In this document: piece after piece, positions 49,901-64,000 of the stretch
Layout of the letters: each line of letters begins with the position of its first letter
Position numbering within the stretch: position 1 is the first letter of the stretch
Origin: Eledone cirrhosa
Taxonomy: Eukaryota
Length of the DNA: 64,000 nt
Assembly (NCBI GenBank): GCA_964016885.1
Contig: OZ024741.1
Coordinates: 411,494,001 to 411,558,000 of the forward strand
Reading direction: 5' to 3'
Notes under the pieces: generated by a model
Seen by the model: only the letters and a program-made list of their open reading frames with translations
Databases searched by the model: none
Told to the model about the DNA's origin: nothing
Position numbers and translations under genes: made by a program

Positions 49901-52900
49901 CCTACCAATAAACGTACCTAAGAACCTACCAATAAACCTACCAATAAACCTACCTAGAAACCTACCAATAAACCTACCCTAGAAACCTACCAATAAACCT
50001 ACCTAGAAACCTACCTAGAAACCTACCAATAAACCTACCTAGGAACATACCAATAAACCTACCTAGAAACCTACCAATAAACCTACCAATAAACCTACCT
50101 AGAAACCTACCAATAAATATACCAACAAACGTCCCTAGAAACCTACCAATAAACCTACCAATAAATTAACAATAAACATACCTAGGAACCTACCAATAAA
50201 CCTACCAGTAAACATACCAATAAACCTACCTAGAAACCTACCAATAAACCTATCAATAAACCTACCTAGAAACCTACCAATAAACCTACCAATAAACCTA
50301 CCTAGAAACCTACCAATAAACCTAGCAATAAACCTATCAATAAACCTACCAATAAACCTACCAATAAACCTACCAATAAACCTACCAATAAACTTCCCTA
50401 GAAACCTACCTAGGAAACTACCAGTAAACCTACCTAGAAACCTACGTAGCAATCTACCACTAAATCTCCCTAGAAATGTACCTACAAACCTACCTAGAAA
50501 CCTACCAATAAACCTACCAATAAACCTACCAATAAATCAAACAATAAACCTACCTAGGAACCTACCTAGAAACCTACCAATAAACCTACCTTGGAACCTA
50601 CCAATGAACCTACCTAGAAACCTACCAATAAGCCTACCTAGAAACCTACCGATAAACCTACCAATAAACCTACCTAGAAACTTACCAATAAACCTAGCTA
50701 GAAACCTACCAATAAACCTACCAATAAACCTACCAATAAACCTACCTAGGAACCTACCAATAGACCTACCTAGAAACCTACCAATAAGCCTACCTAGAAA
50801 CCTACCAATAAGCCTACCTAGAAACCTACCTAAAAACCTACCTAGAAACCTACCTAGAAACCTACCTAGAAACCTACCAATAAACCTACCAATAAACCTA
50901 CCAATAAACCTACCTAGGAACCTACCAATAGACCTACCTAGAAACCTACCAATAAACCTAACAATAAACCTACCTAGAAACCTACCAATAAACCTACCTA
51001 GAAACCTACCTAGAAATCTACCAATAAACCTACCAATAAACCTACCTAGAAACCTACCCAGGAATCTACCAATAAACCTACCTAGAAACCTACCAATAAA
51101 CCTACCAATAAACCTACCTAGAAACCTACCAATAAACCTATCAATAAACCTACCTAGAAACTTACCAATAAACCTACCAATAAACCTACCTAGAAACCTA
51201 CCAATAAACCTACCTAGGAACATACCAATAAACCTACCTAGAAACCTACCAATAAGACTACCAAGAAACCTACCAATAAGCCTACCTAGAAACCTACCTA
51301 GAAACCTACCAATAAACCTACCAATAAATCTACCTAGTAACCTACCAATAGACCTATCTAGAAACCTACCAATAAGCCTACCTAGAAACCTACCAATAAA
51401 CCTACCTAGAAACCTATAAATAAACCTACCTAGAAACCTACCTAGAAACCTACCAATACACCTACCAATAAACCTACCAACAAACCTCCCTAGAAATCTA
51501 CCAATAAACCTACCAATAAACCTACCAATAACCCTACCTAGAAACTTACCAATAAACATTCCTAGAAACCTACCAATAAACCTACCAATAAACCTACCTA
51601 GAAACCTACCAATAAACCTACCAATAAACCTACCAATAAACCTACCAATAAACCTACCAAGGAACCTACTTGAAACCTACCAATAAACCTTCCTACAAAC
51701 CTACCTAGAAACCTACCAATAAACCTACCATTAAACCTATCTAGCAACGTACTTGAAACCTACCAATAAACCTACCTAGAAACCTACAAATAAACCTACC
51801 TAGGAACCTACCAGTAAACCTACCAATAAACCTACCTAGAAACGTAACAATAACCCTATCTGGAAACCTACCAATAAACCTACCAATAAACCTAGCTAGA
51901 AACCTACCAATAAACCTACCTAGAAACCTACCAATAAACCTACATAGAAACGTAACAATAACCCTATCTTGAAACCTACCAATAAACCTACCAATAAACC
52001 TACCAATAAACGTACCGATAAAGCTACCAATAAACCTACCAATAAACCTACCTAGAAACCTACCAATAAACCTACATACAAGCCTACCTAGAAACCTACC
52101 AATAAACTTAGCAATAAACCTACCAATAAACCTAACTAGAAACCTACCAATAAACCTACCTAGGAACCTACAAGTAAACCTACCAATAAACCTACCTAGA
52201 AACCTAACAATAAGCCTACCTAGAAACCTACCAATAAACCTACCAATAAACCTACCAATAAACCTACCTAGAAACCTACCAATAAGCCTACCTAGAAACA
52301 TAGCTAGAAACCTACCAATAAACCTACCTAGAAACCTACCAATAAAGCTACCAATAAACCTACCAATAAACCTACCAATAAACCTACCTAGAAACCTACC
52401 AATAAACCTACCTAGGAAGCTACCAATAAACCTACCAATAAACCTACCTAGAAACTTACCAATAAACCTACCAATAAAACTACCTAGAAACCTACCAATA
52501 AACCTACATAGGAACCGACCAATAAACCTACCTAGAAACCTACCAATAAATCTACCAATAAATCTACATAGTAACATACCAATAAACCTACCTAGAAACC
52601 TACCAATAAACCTACCTAGGAAGCTACCAATAAACCTACCAATATACCTACCAATAAACCTCCCTAGAAACCTACCTAGAAACATACCAATAAACCTCCC
52701 TTGAAACCTACCAATAAACCTACCAATAAACCTCCCTAGAAACCTACCAATAAACCTACCAATAAACCTACCAATAAACCTACCAATAAACCTACCAAGG
52801 AACCTACTTGAAACCTACCAATAAACCTACCTACAAACCTACCTAGAAACCTAACAATAAACCTACCAATAAACCTACCTAGAAACCTACCAACAAACCT

Positions 52901-55900
52901 ACCTATAAACCTACCTAGAAACCTACGTAGAAACCTACCCAGAAACCTAACTAGGAACCTACCATTAAACCTACCAATAAACCTACCTAGAAACCTACCA
53001 ATAACCCTACCTAGAAACCTACCAATAAACCTAGCTAGAAACCTACCAATAAACCTACCAATAAACCTACCTAGAAAACTACCAATAAACCGAACAATAA
53101 ACCTACCAATAAACCGAACAATAAACCTACCTAGGAACCTACCAATAAACCTACCAATAAACCTACCTACAAAGCTACCTGGAAACCTACCAATAAACCT
53201 ACCAATAAACCTACCAATAAACCTACCTAGAAACCTACCAATAAACCTACCTAGGAACCTACCAGTAAACCTACCAATAAAGCTATCTAGAAACCTACCA
53301 ATAACCCTACCTAGAAACCTACCTAGAAAGCTACCAATAAACCTAACTAGAAACCTACCAATAAGCCTACCTAGAAACCTACCAATAAACCTACCAATAA
53401 AGCTACCAATAAACCTACCTAGGAATCTACCAATAAAGCTACCTAGAAAGCTACCAATAAACCTACCAATAAACCTACCTAGGAACTTACCAGTAAACCT
53501 ACCAATAAACCTACCTAGAAATCTACCAATAAACCTACCAATAAACCTAACTAGGAACATACCAATAAACCTACCTAGAAACCTACCAACAAACCTACCA
53601 ATAAACCTAACTAGGAACATACCAATAAACCTACCTAGGAACATACCAATAAACCTACCAATAAACCTACATAGGAACCTACCTAGAAACTTACGTAACA
53701 ACCTACCAATAAACCTACCTAGAAAACTAGCTAGAAACCTACCAATAAACCTACCAATAAATCTCCCTAGAAACCTATCAATAAAACTACCTATAAACCT
53801 ACATAGAAACCTCCCTAGAAACCTACCAATAAACCTACCAATAAACCTACCAATAGACCTACCAATAAACCTACCAATAAACCTACCAATAAACCTCCCT
53901 AGAAACCTACCAATAAAGCTACCAATAAACCTACATAGAAACCTACCTAGAAACCTACCAATAAACCTACCAATAAACCTACCAATAAACCTCCCTAGAA
54001 ACCTACCAATAAACCTACCAATAAACCTACATAGAAACCTACCTAGAAACCTACCAATAAACCTACCTAGAAACCTCCATAGGAACCTACCAATAAACGC
54101 CCCTAGAAACCTACCAATAAACCTACCTAGAAACCTACCTAGAAACGTACTAATAAACCTACCTAGGAACCTACCAATAGACCTACCTAGAAACCTACCA
54201 ATAAGCCTACCTAGAAACCTACCAATAAGCCTACCTAGAAACCTACCTAAAAACCTACCTAGAAACCTACCTAGAAACCTACCTAGAAACCTACCAATAA
54301 ACCTACCAATAAACCTACCAATAAACCTACCTAGGAACCTACCAATAGACCTACCTAGAAACCTACCAATAAACCTAACAATAAACCTACCTAGAAACCT
54401 ACCAATAAACCTACCTAGAAACCTACCTAGAAATCTACCAATAAACCTACCAATAAACCTACCTAGAAACCTACCCAGGAATCTACCAATAAACCTACCT
54501 AGAAACCTACCAATAAACCTACCAATAAACCTACCTAGAAACCTACCAATAAACCTACCAATAAACCTACCTAGAAACTTACCAATAAACCTACCAATAA
54601 ACCTACCTAGAAACCTACCAATAAACCTACCTAGGAACCTACCAATAAACCTACCTAGAAACCTACCAATAAGACTACCAAGAAACCTACCAATAAGCCT
54701 ACCTAGAAACCTACCTAGAAACCTACCAATAAACCTACCAATAAATCTACCTAGGAACCTACCAATAGACCTATCTAGAAACCTACCAATAAGCCTACCT
54801 AGAAACCTACCAATAAACCTACCTAGAAACCTATAAATAAACCTACCTAGAAACCTACCTAGAAACCTACCAATACACCTACCAATAAACCTACCAACAA
54901 ACCTCCCTAGAAATCTACCAATAAACCTACCAATAAACCTACCAATAAACCTACCAATAACCCTACCTAGAAACTTACCAATAAACATTCCTAGAAACCT
55001 ACCAATAAACCTACCAATAAACCTACCTAGAAACCTACCAATAAACCTACCAATAAACCTACCAAGGAACCTACTTGAAACCTACCAATAAACCTTCCTA
55101 CAAACCTACCTAGAAACCTACCAATAAACCTACCATTAAACCTATCTAGCAACGTACTTGAAACCTACCAATAAACCTACCTAGAAACCTACAAATAAAC
55201 CTACCTAGGAACCTACCAGTAAACCTACCAATAAACCTACCTAGAAACGTAACAATAACCCAACCTTGAAACCTACCAATAAACCTACCAATAAACCTAG
55301 CTAGAAACCTACCAATAAACCTACCTAGAAACCTACCGATAAGCCTACCTAGGAACCTACAAGTAAACCTACCAATAAACGTACCGATAAAGCTACCAAT
55401 AAACCTACCAATAAACCTACCTAGAAACCTACCAATAAACCTACCTACAAGCCTACCTAGAAACCTACCAATAAACTTAGCAATAAACCTACCAATAAAC
55501 CTAACTAGAAACCTACCAATAAACCTACCTAGGAACCTACAAGTAAACCTACCAATAAACCTACCTAGAAACCTAACAATAAGCCTACCTAGAAACCTAC
55601 CAATAAACCTACCAATAAACCTACCAATAAACCTACCTAGAAACCTACCAATAAGCCTACCTAGAAACATAGCTAGAAACCTACCATTAAACCTACCTAG
55701 AAACCTACCAATAAAGCTACCAATAAACCTACCAATAAACCTACCAATAAACCTACCTAGAAACATACCAATAAACCTACCTAGGAAGCTACCAATAAAC
55801 CTACCAATAAAACTACCTAGAAACTTACCAATAAACCTACCAATAAAACTACCTAGAAACCTACCAATAAACCTACATAGGAACCGACCAATAAACCTAC

Positions 55901-58900
55901 CTAGAAACCTACCAATAAATCTACCAATAAATCTACATAGTAACATACCAATAAACCTACCTAGAAACCTACCAATAAACCTACCTAGGAAGCTACCAAT
56001 AAACCTACCAATATACCTACCAATAAACCTCCCTAGAAACCTACCTAGAAACCTACCAATAAACCTCCCTTGAAACCTACCAATAAACCTACCAATAAAC
56101 CTCCCTAGAAACCTACCAATAAACCTACCAATAAACCTACCAATTAACCTACCAATAAACCTACCAAGGAACCTACTTGAAACCTACCAATAAACCTACC
56201 TACAAACCTACCTAGAAACCTAACAATAAACCTACCGATAAACCTACCTAGAAACCTACCAACAAACCTACCAATAAACCTACCTAGAAACCTACGTAGA
56301 AACCTACCCAGAAACCTAACTAGGAACCTACCATTAAACCTACCAATAAACCTACCTAGAAACCTACCAATAACCCTACCTAGAAACCTACCAATAAACC
56401 TAGCTAGAAACCTACCAATAAACCTACCAATAAACCTACCTAGAAACCTACCAATAACCCGAACAATAAACCTACCAATAAACCGAACAATAAACCTACC
56501 TAGGAACCTACCAATAAACCTACCAATAAACCTACCTACAAAGCTACCTGGAAACCTACCAATAAACCTACCAATAAACCTACCAATAAACCTACCAATA
56601 AACCTACCTAGAAACCTACCAATAAACCTACCTAGGAACCTACCAGTAAACCTACCAATAAAGCTATCTAGAAACCTACCAATAACCCTACCTAGAAACC
56701 TACCTAGAAAGCTACCAATAAACCTACCTAGAAACCTACCAATAAGCCTACCTAGAAACCTACCAATAAACCTACCAATAAAGCTACCAATAAACCTACC
56801 TAGGAATCTACCAATAAAGCTACCTAGAAAGCTACCAATAAACCTACCAATAAACCTACCTAGAAACTTACCAGTAAACCTACCAATAAACCTACCTAAA
56901 AATCTACCAATAAACCTACCAATAAACCTAACTAGGAACATACCAATAAACCTACCTAGAAACCTACCAACAAACCTACCAATAAACCTAACTAGGAACA
57001 TACCAATAAACCTACCTAGGAACATACCAATAAACCTACCAATAAACCTACATAGGAACCTACCTAGAAACTTACGTAACAATCTACCAATAAACCTACC
57101 TAGAAAACTAGCTAGAAACCTACCAATAAACCTACCAATAAATCTCCCTAGAAACCTATCAATAAAACTACCTATAAACCTACATAGAAACCTCCCTAGA
57201 AACCAACCAATAAACCTACCAATAAACCTACCAATAGACATACCAATAAACCTACCAATAAACCTACCAATAAACCTCCCTAGAAACCTACCAATAAAGC
57301 TACCAATAAACCTACATAGAAACCTACCTAGAAACCTACCAATAAACCTACCAATAAACCTACCAATAAACCTCCCTAGAAACCTACCAATAAACCTACC
57401 AATAAACCTACATAGAAACCTACATAGAAACCTACCAATAAACCTACCTAGAAACCTCCATAGGAACCTACCAATAAACGCCCCTAGAAACCTACCAATA
57501 AACCTACCTAGAAACCTACCTAGAAACGTACTAATAAACCTACCAATAAACCTACCAATAAACCTACCAATAAACCTACAATTAAACCTACCAATAATCC
57601 TACCTAGAAACCTACCAATAAACCTACCTAGAAACCTCCATGGGAACCTACCAATAAACGCCCCTAGAAACCTACCAATAAACCTCCCTAGAAACCTACC
57701 TAGAAACGTACTAATAAACCTACCAATAAACCTACCAATAAACCTACCAGTAAACCTACCTACAAACGTACAAATAAACCTACCTAGACACCTCCATAGG
57801 AACCTACCAATAAACGCCCCTAGAAACCTACCAATAAACCTACCAATAAACCTACCAATAAACCTACCTAGAAACCTACCTAGAAACCTACCAATAAACC
57901 TACCTAGAAACCTACCTAGGAACCTACCAATTAACCTACCAATGAACCTACCAATAAACGTACCTAGAAACCTACCTAGAAACCTACCTAGGAACCTACC
58001 AATAAACCTACCAATACACCTACCAATAAACCTACCTAAAAACCTACCAATAAATCTACCAATAAAACTATCTAGAAACCTACCAATAAACCTACCTAGA
58101 AACCTACCTAGGAACCTACCTAGAAACCTACCAATAAACCTACCAATAAACCTACCTAGAAACCTACCAATAAACCTACCTTGGAACCTACCAATAAACC
58201 TCCATAGAATCCTACCTAGAAACCTACCAGTAAACCTCCCTTGAAACCTACCAATATACCTACCAATAAACCTCCCTAGAAACCTACCTAGAAACCTACC
58301 AATAAACCTCCCTTGAAACCTACCAATAAACCTACCAATAAACCTCCCTAGAAACCTACCAATAAACCTACCAATAAACCTACCAATAAACTTACCAATA
58401 AACCTACCTAGAAACCTACCTAGAAACATACCTAGAAACCTACCTTTGAAACCTACCAATAAACCTACATAGAAACCTACCAATAAACCTACCTAGGAAC
58501 ATACCTATTGACCTACCAACAAACCTCATTAGAAACCTACCAATAAATCTCCCTAGAAACCTATCAATAAAACTACCTAGAAACCTACAAATAAACCTAC
58601 CTAGAAACATACCTAGAAACCTACCTAGAAACCTACCTAGAAACCTACCAATAAACCTACCAATAAACCTGCCTGGAAACCTACCAATAAACCTACCTCA
58701 GAACCTCCCTAGAAACCTACCAATAAATCTATCTAGAAACACTACCAATAAACCTTCCTAGAAACCTACCAGTAAACCTACCTAAAAACCTACATAGAAA
58801 CCTACCAATGAACCTACCTAGAAACCTACCAATAAACCTACCTAGGAACCCACCTAGGAACCTACCAATAAACCTACCAATAAACCTACCTAGAAAGCTA

Positions 58901-61900
58901 CCAATAAACCTACCAATAAACCTACCTAGGAAACTACCAATAAACCTATCAATAAACCTACCTAGAAACCTACCAATAAACCTACCTAGGAACCTACCTA
59001 GAAACCTACCTAGAAACCTACCTAGGAAACTACCAATAAACCTACCAATAAACCTACCTAGAAACCTACCTAGAAAACTACCAATAAACCTACCAATAAA
59101 CCTACCTATGAACTTACCAACAAACCTCACTAGAAACCTACCAATAAACCTACCAATAAACCTACCAATAAACCTACCTAGAAACCTACCTAGAAACCTA
59201 TCTTTGAAAGCTACCAATAAACCTACCTAGAAACCTACAAATAAACGTACCTAGTAACCTACCTAGAAACCTACCTAGCAACCTACCTAGAAACCTACCA
59301 ATAAATCTACCAATAAAGCTACCAATAAACCTACCAATAAACCTATCTAGAAACCTACCAATAAACCTACCTATGAACTTACCAACAAACCTCACTAGAA
59401 ACCTACCAATAAACCTATCTAGAAACCTACCAATAAACCTACCAATAAACCTACCTAGAAACCTACCAATAAACCTACCAAGGAACCTACCTAGAAACCT
59501 ACCAATAAACCTACCGAGAAACCTACCTAGAAACCTACCTACGAACCTACCAATAAACCTGCCTAGGAACCTACCTAGGAAGCTACCAATAAACCTACCA
59601 ATAAACCTACCAATCAACCTACCTAGGAAACTACCAATAAGCCTCCCTACAAACCTAGCAATAAACCTACCTAGGAACCTACATAGAAACCTACCTAGAA
59701 ACCTAACTAGAAACCTACCAATAAATCTACCAATAAAGCTACCAATAAACCTACCAATAAACCTACCAATAAACTTACCTAGAAACCTACCAATAAAGCT
59801 ATCTAGAAACCTACAAATAAACCTACCAATAAACCTACCTAGAAACCTACCAATAAACCTACCAATCAACCTACCTAGGAAACTACCAATAAGCCTCCCT
59901 ACAAACCTAGCAATAAACCTAACTAGGAACATACCTAGAAACCTACCTAGAAACCTACCAATAAACCTACCAATAAACCTACCTAGGAACCTACCTAGAA
60001 ACCTACCTAGGAACCTACCAATAAACCTACCAATAAACGTACCTAGAAACCTACCTAGAAACCTACCTAGAAACCTATCTTGGAACCTACCAATAAACCT
60101 ACCAATAAACCTACCTAGAAACCTACCTAGGAACCTACCTAGAAACCTACCAATAAACATACCAGTAAACCTACCAATAAACCTCCCTAGAAACCTACCA
60201 ATAAAACTATCTAGAAACCTACCAATAGACCTACCTAGAAACCTACCAATAAACCTATCTAGAAACCTACCAACAAACCTCACTAGAGTCCTACCTAGAA
60301 ACCTACCGAGAAACCTACCTAGGAACCTACCAATAAACCTACCAATAAACCTACCAATAAACCTCCCTAGAAACCTACCAATAAACCTTCTTAGGAACCT
60401 ACCAATAAACCTACCTAGGAACCCACCTAGGAAGCTACCAATAAACCTACCAATAAACCTACCTAGAAACCTACCAATAAACCTACCAATAAACCTACGT
60501 AGGAAACTACCAATAAACCTTCCTAGAAACCTACCAGTAAACTTACCTAAAAACCTACATAGAAACCTACCAATAAACCTACCTAGAAACCTACCAATAA
60601 ACCTACCTAGAAACCTACCTAGGAACCTACCAATAAACCTACCAATAAACGTACCATGAAACCTACCTAGAAACCTACCTTGGAACCTACCAATAAACCT
60701 ACCAATAAACCTACCTAGAAACCTACCTAGGAACCTACCTAGAAATCTACCAATAAACCTACCAGTAAACCTACCAATAAACATCCCTAGAAACCTACCA
60801 ATAAAACTATCTAGAAACCTACCAATAAACCTACATAGGAACCTACTTAGAAACCTACCAATAAACCTACCAATAAACCTACCAATAAACCTTCCAATAA
60901 ACCTCCCTAGAAACCTACCAATAAACCTCCCTAGACACCTATCAATAAACCTACCTAGAAACCTACAAATAAACCTACCTAGGAACCTACCTAGGAACCT
61001 ACCTAGAAACCTACCAATAAACCTATCTAGAAACCTACCAATAAACCTACCAATAAACCTACCTAGAATCCTACCAATAAAGCTACCAATAAACCTACCT
61101 AGAATCCTACCAATAAACCTACCAATAAACCTACCAAGGAACCTACCTAGAAACCTACCAGTAAACCTACCTAGAAACCTACCAATAAACCTACCTAGAA
61201 ACCTACCTAGAAAGCTACCAATAAACCTACCTAGGAACCTACCTAGGAAGCTACCAATAAACCTACCAATAAGCCTCCCTAGAAACCTACCAATAAACCT
61301 ATCAATAAACCTACCTAGAAACCTACCAATAAACGTAACTAGGAACATACCTAGAAACCTACCTAGAAACCTACCTAGGAACCTCCCAATAAACCTACCA
61401 ATAAACCTACAAATAAACCTACCTATGAACATACCAACAAACCTCACTTGAAACCTATCAATTAACCTGCCTACAAACCTACCTAGAAACCTACCTAGAA
61501 ACCTACATAGAAACTGACCAATAAACCTACCTAGAAACCTACCAATAAACCTACCAATAAACCTACCAATAAACCTACCTAGAAACCTACCTAGAAACCT
61601 ACCAATAAACCTCCCTAGAATCCTACCAATAAACCTACCAATAAACTTACCAATAAACCTAACAATAAACCTACCAATAAACCTACCTAGAAACCTACCT
61701 AGAAACCTACCTAGAAACCTACCTTTGAAACCTACCAATAAACCTACCTAGAAACCTTCCAATAAACCTACCAATAAACCTACCAATAAACCTACCAATA
61801 AACCTACCTAGGAAACTACCTAGGAACCTCCCAATAAACCTACAAATAACCCTACCAGTAAACATACCAATAAACCTACCAATAAACCTACCTAGAAACC

Positions 61901-64000
61901 TACCAATAAACCTACCTAGGAACCTACCTAGAAACCTACCTAGAAACCTACCTAGAAACCTACCTAGGAACTTACCGATAAACCTACCAATAAACCTACC
62001 AATAAACGTACCTAGAAACCTACCTAGAAACCTACCTAGAAACCTACCAATAAACCTACCTAAAAACCTACGTAGGAACCTACCTAGAAACCTACCAATA
62101 AACCTACAAATAAACCTACCAATAAACCTACCAATATACCTATCTAGAAACCTACCAATAAACCTACCTAGAAACCTACCAATAAACCTACCTAGAAACC
62201 TACCTAGAAACCTACCTAGGAACCTACCTAGAAACCTACCAATAAACCTACCAATAAACCTCCCTAGAAACCTACCAATAAACCTTCCTAGGAACCTACC
62301 AATAAACCTACCTAGGAACCCACCTAGGAAGCTACCAATAAACCTACCAATAAACCTTCCTAGAAACCTACCAGTAAACTTACCTAAAAACCTACATAGA
62401 AACCTACCAATAAACCTACCTAGAAACCTACCAATAAACCTACCTAGAAACCTACCTAGGAACCTACCAATAAACCTACCAATAAACGTACCTAGAAACC
62501 TACCTAGAAACCTACCTTGGAACCTACCAATAAACCTACCAATAAACCTACCTAGAAACCTACCTAGGAACCTACCTAGAAATCTACCAATAAACCTACC
62601 AGTAAACCTACCAATAAACATCCCTAGAAACCTACCAATAAAACTATCTAGAAACCTACCAATAAACCTACATAGGAACCTACTTAGAAACCTACCAATA
62701 AACCTACCAATAAACCTACCAATAAACCTTCCAATAAACCTCCCTAGAAACCTACCAATAAACCTCCCTAGACACCTATCAATAAACCTACCTAGAAACC
62801 TACAAATAAACCTACCTAGGAACCTACCTAGGAACCTACCTAGAAACCTACCAATAAACCTATCTAGAAACCTACCAATAAACCTACCTAGAATCCTACC
62901 AATAAACCTACCAATAAACCTACCTAGAATCCTACCAATAAACCTACCAATAAACCTACCAAGGAACCTACCTAGAAACCTACCAGTAAACCTACCTAGA
63001 AACCTACCAATAAACCTACCTAGAAACCTACCTAAAAACCTACCAATAAACCTACCTAGGAACCTACCTAGGAAGCTACCAATAAACCTACCAATAAACC
63101 TACCTAGAAACCTACCAATAAACCTACCAATAAACCTACCTAGGAAACTACCAATAAGCCTCCCTAGAAACCTACCAATAAACCTATCAATAAACCTACC
63201 TAGAAACCTACCAATAAACGTAACTAGGAACCTACCTAGAAACCTACCTAGAAACCTACCTAGGAACCTCCCAATAAACCTACCAATGAACCTACAAATA
63301 AACCTACCTATGAACATACCAACAAACCTCACTTGAAACCTATCAATTAACCTGCCTACAAACCTACCTAGAAACCTACCTAGAAACCTACATAGAAACT
63401 GACCAATAAACCTACCTAGAAACCTACCAATAAACCTACCAATAAACCTACCAATAAACCTACCTAGAAACCTACCTAGAAACCTACCAATAAACCTCCC
63501 TAGAATCCTACCAATAAACCTACCAATAAACTTACCAATAAACCTAACAATAAACCTACCAATAAACCTACCTAGAAACCTACCTAGAAACCTACCTAGA
63601 AACCTACCTTTGAAACCTACCAATAAACCTACCTAGAAACCTTCCAATAAACCTACCAATAAACCTACCAATAAACCTACCTAGGAAACTACCTAGGAAC
63701 CTCCCAATAAACCTACAAATAACCCTACCAGTAAACATACCAATAAACCTACCAATAAACCTACCTAGAAACCTACCAATAAACCTACCTAGGAACCTAC
63801 CTAGAAACCTACCTAGAAACCTACCTAGAAACCTACCTAGGAACTTACCGATAAACCTACCAATAAACCTACAAATAAACGTACCTAGAAACCTACCTAG
63901 AAACCTACCTAGAAACCTACCAATAAACCTACCTAAAAACCTACGTAGGAACCTACCTAGAAACCTACCAATAAACCTACAAATAAACCTACCAATAAAC
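37935..64000. repeat. 12-bp satellite, >2000 units, two main monomers AAACCTACCAAT and AAACCTACCTAG, with kb-scale higher-order duplications; runs off the window
   Basis: Directly visible. Occasional 11-bp units (acctacttgaa) shift the phase. Confidence 0.98.

Noticed and set aside
38037-63623. GRFI/GRFL and NLPI/NLPR repeat ORFs
   Set aside because: A 12-bp unit is a multiple of 3 and stop-free in one frame on each strand. ORF ends coincide with random 11-bp units or point variants.

Overview
Repeat-dominated animal genomic DNA. An octopod cephalopod is inferred from the CORE- and Meta-type tRNA SINEs, RTE/Dong/Tx1 LINEs and (ATG)n/(AAT)n tails. Positions 1-11.6 kb are a pile-up of non-LTR retrotransposons in (AAT)n tracts: two Dong/R4-type RLE LINEs, a near full-length Tx1/L1-clade LINE on the minus strand, and 3' fragments. 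Five small, phase-compatible plus-strand exons (11770-37457), missed by the ORF track, splice into a continuous 159-aa helical protein fragment. Its introns are inflated by 37-, 61- and 23-bp satellites, and a 12-bp two-variant satellite fills the last 26 kb. Nearly all long ORFs beyond 15 kb are repeat artefacts. The most notable result is a cluster of five type-I hammerhead ribozyme motifs with palindromic stem III in 33.3-36.0 kb (Penelope/retrozyme-like). It includes one fully canonical copy, an inverted pair inside a 196-bp palindrome, and one whose loop II is complementary to its own 5' flank. All structures were derived by eye; none were computed or tested.
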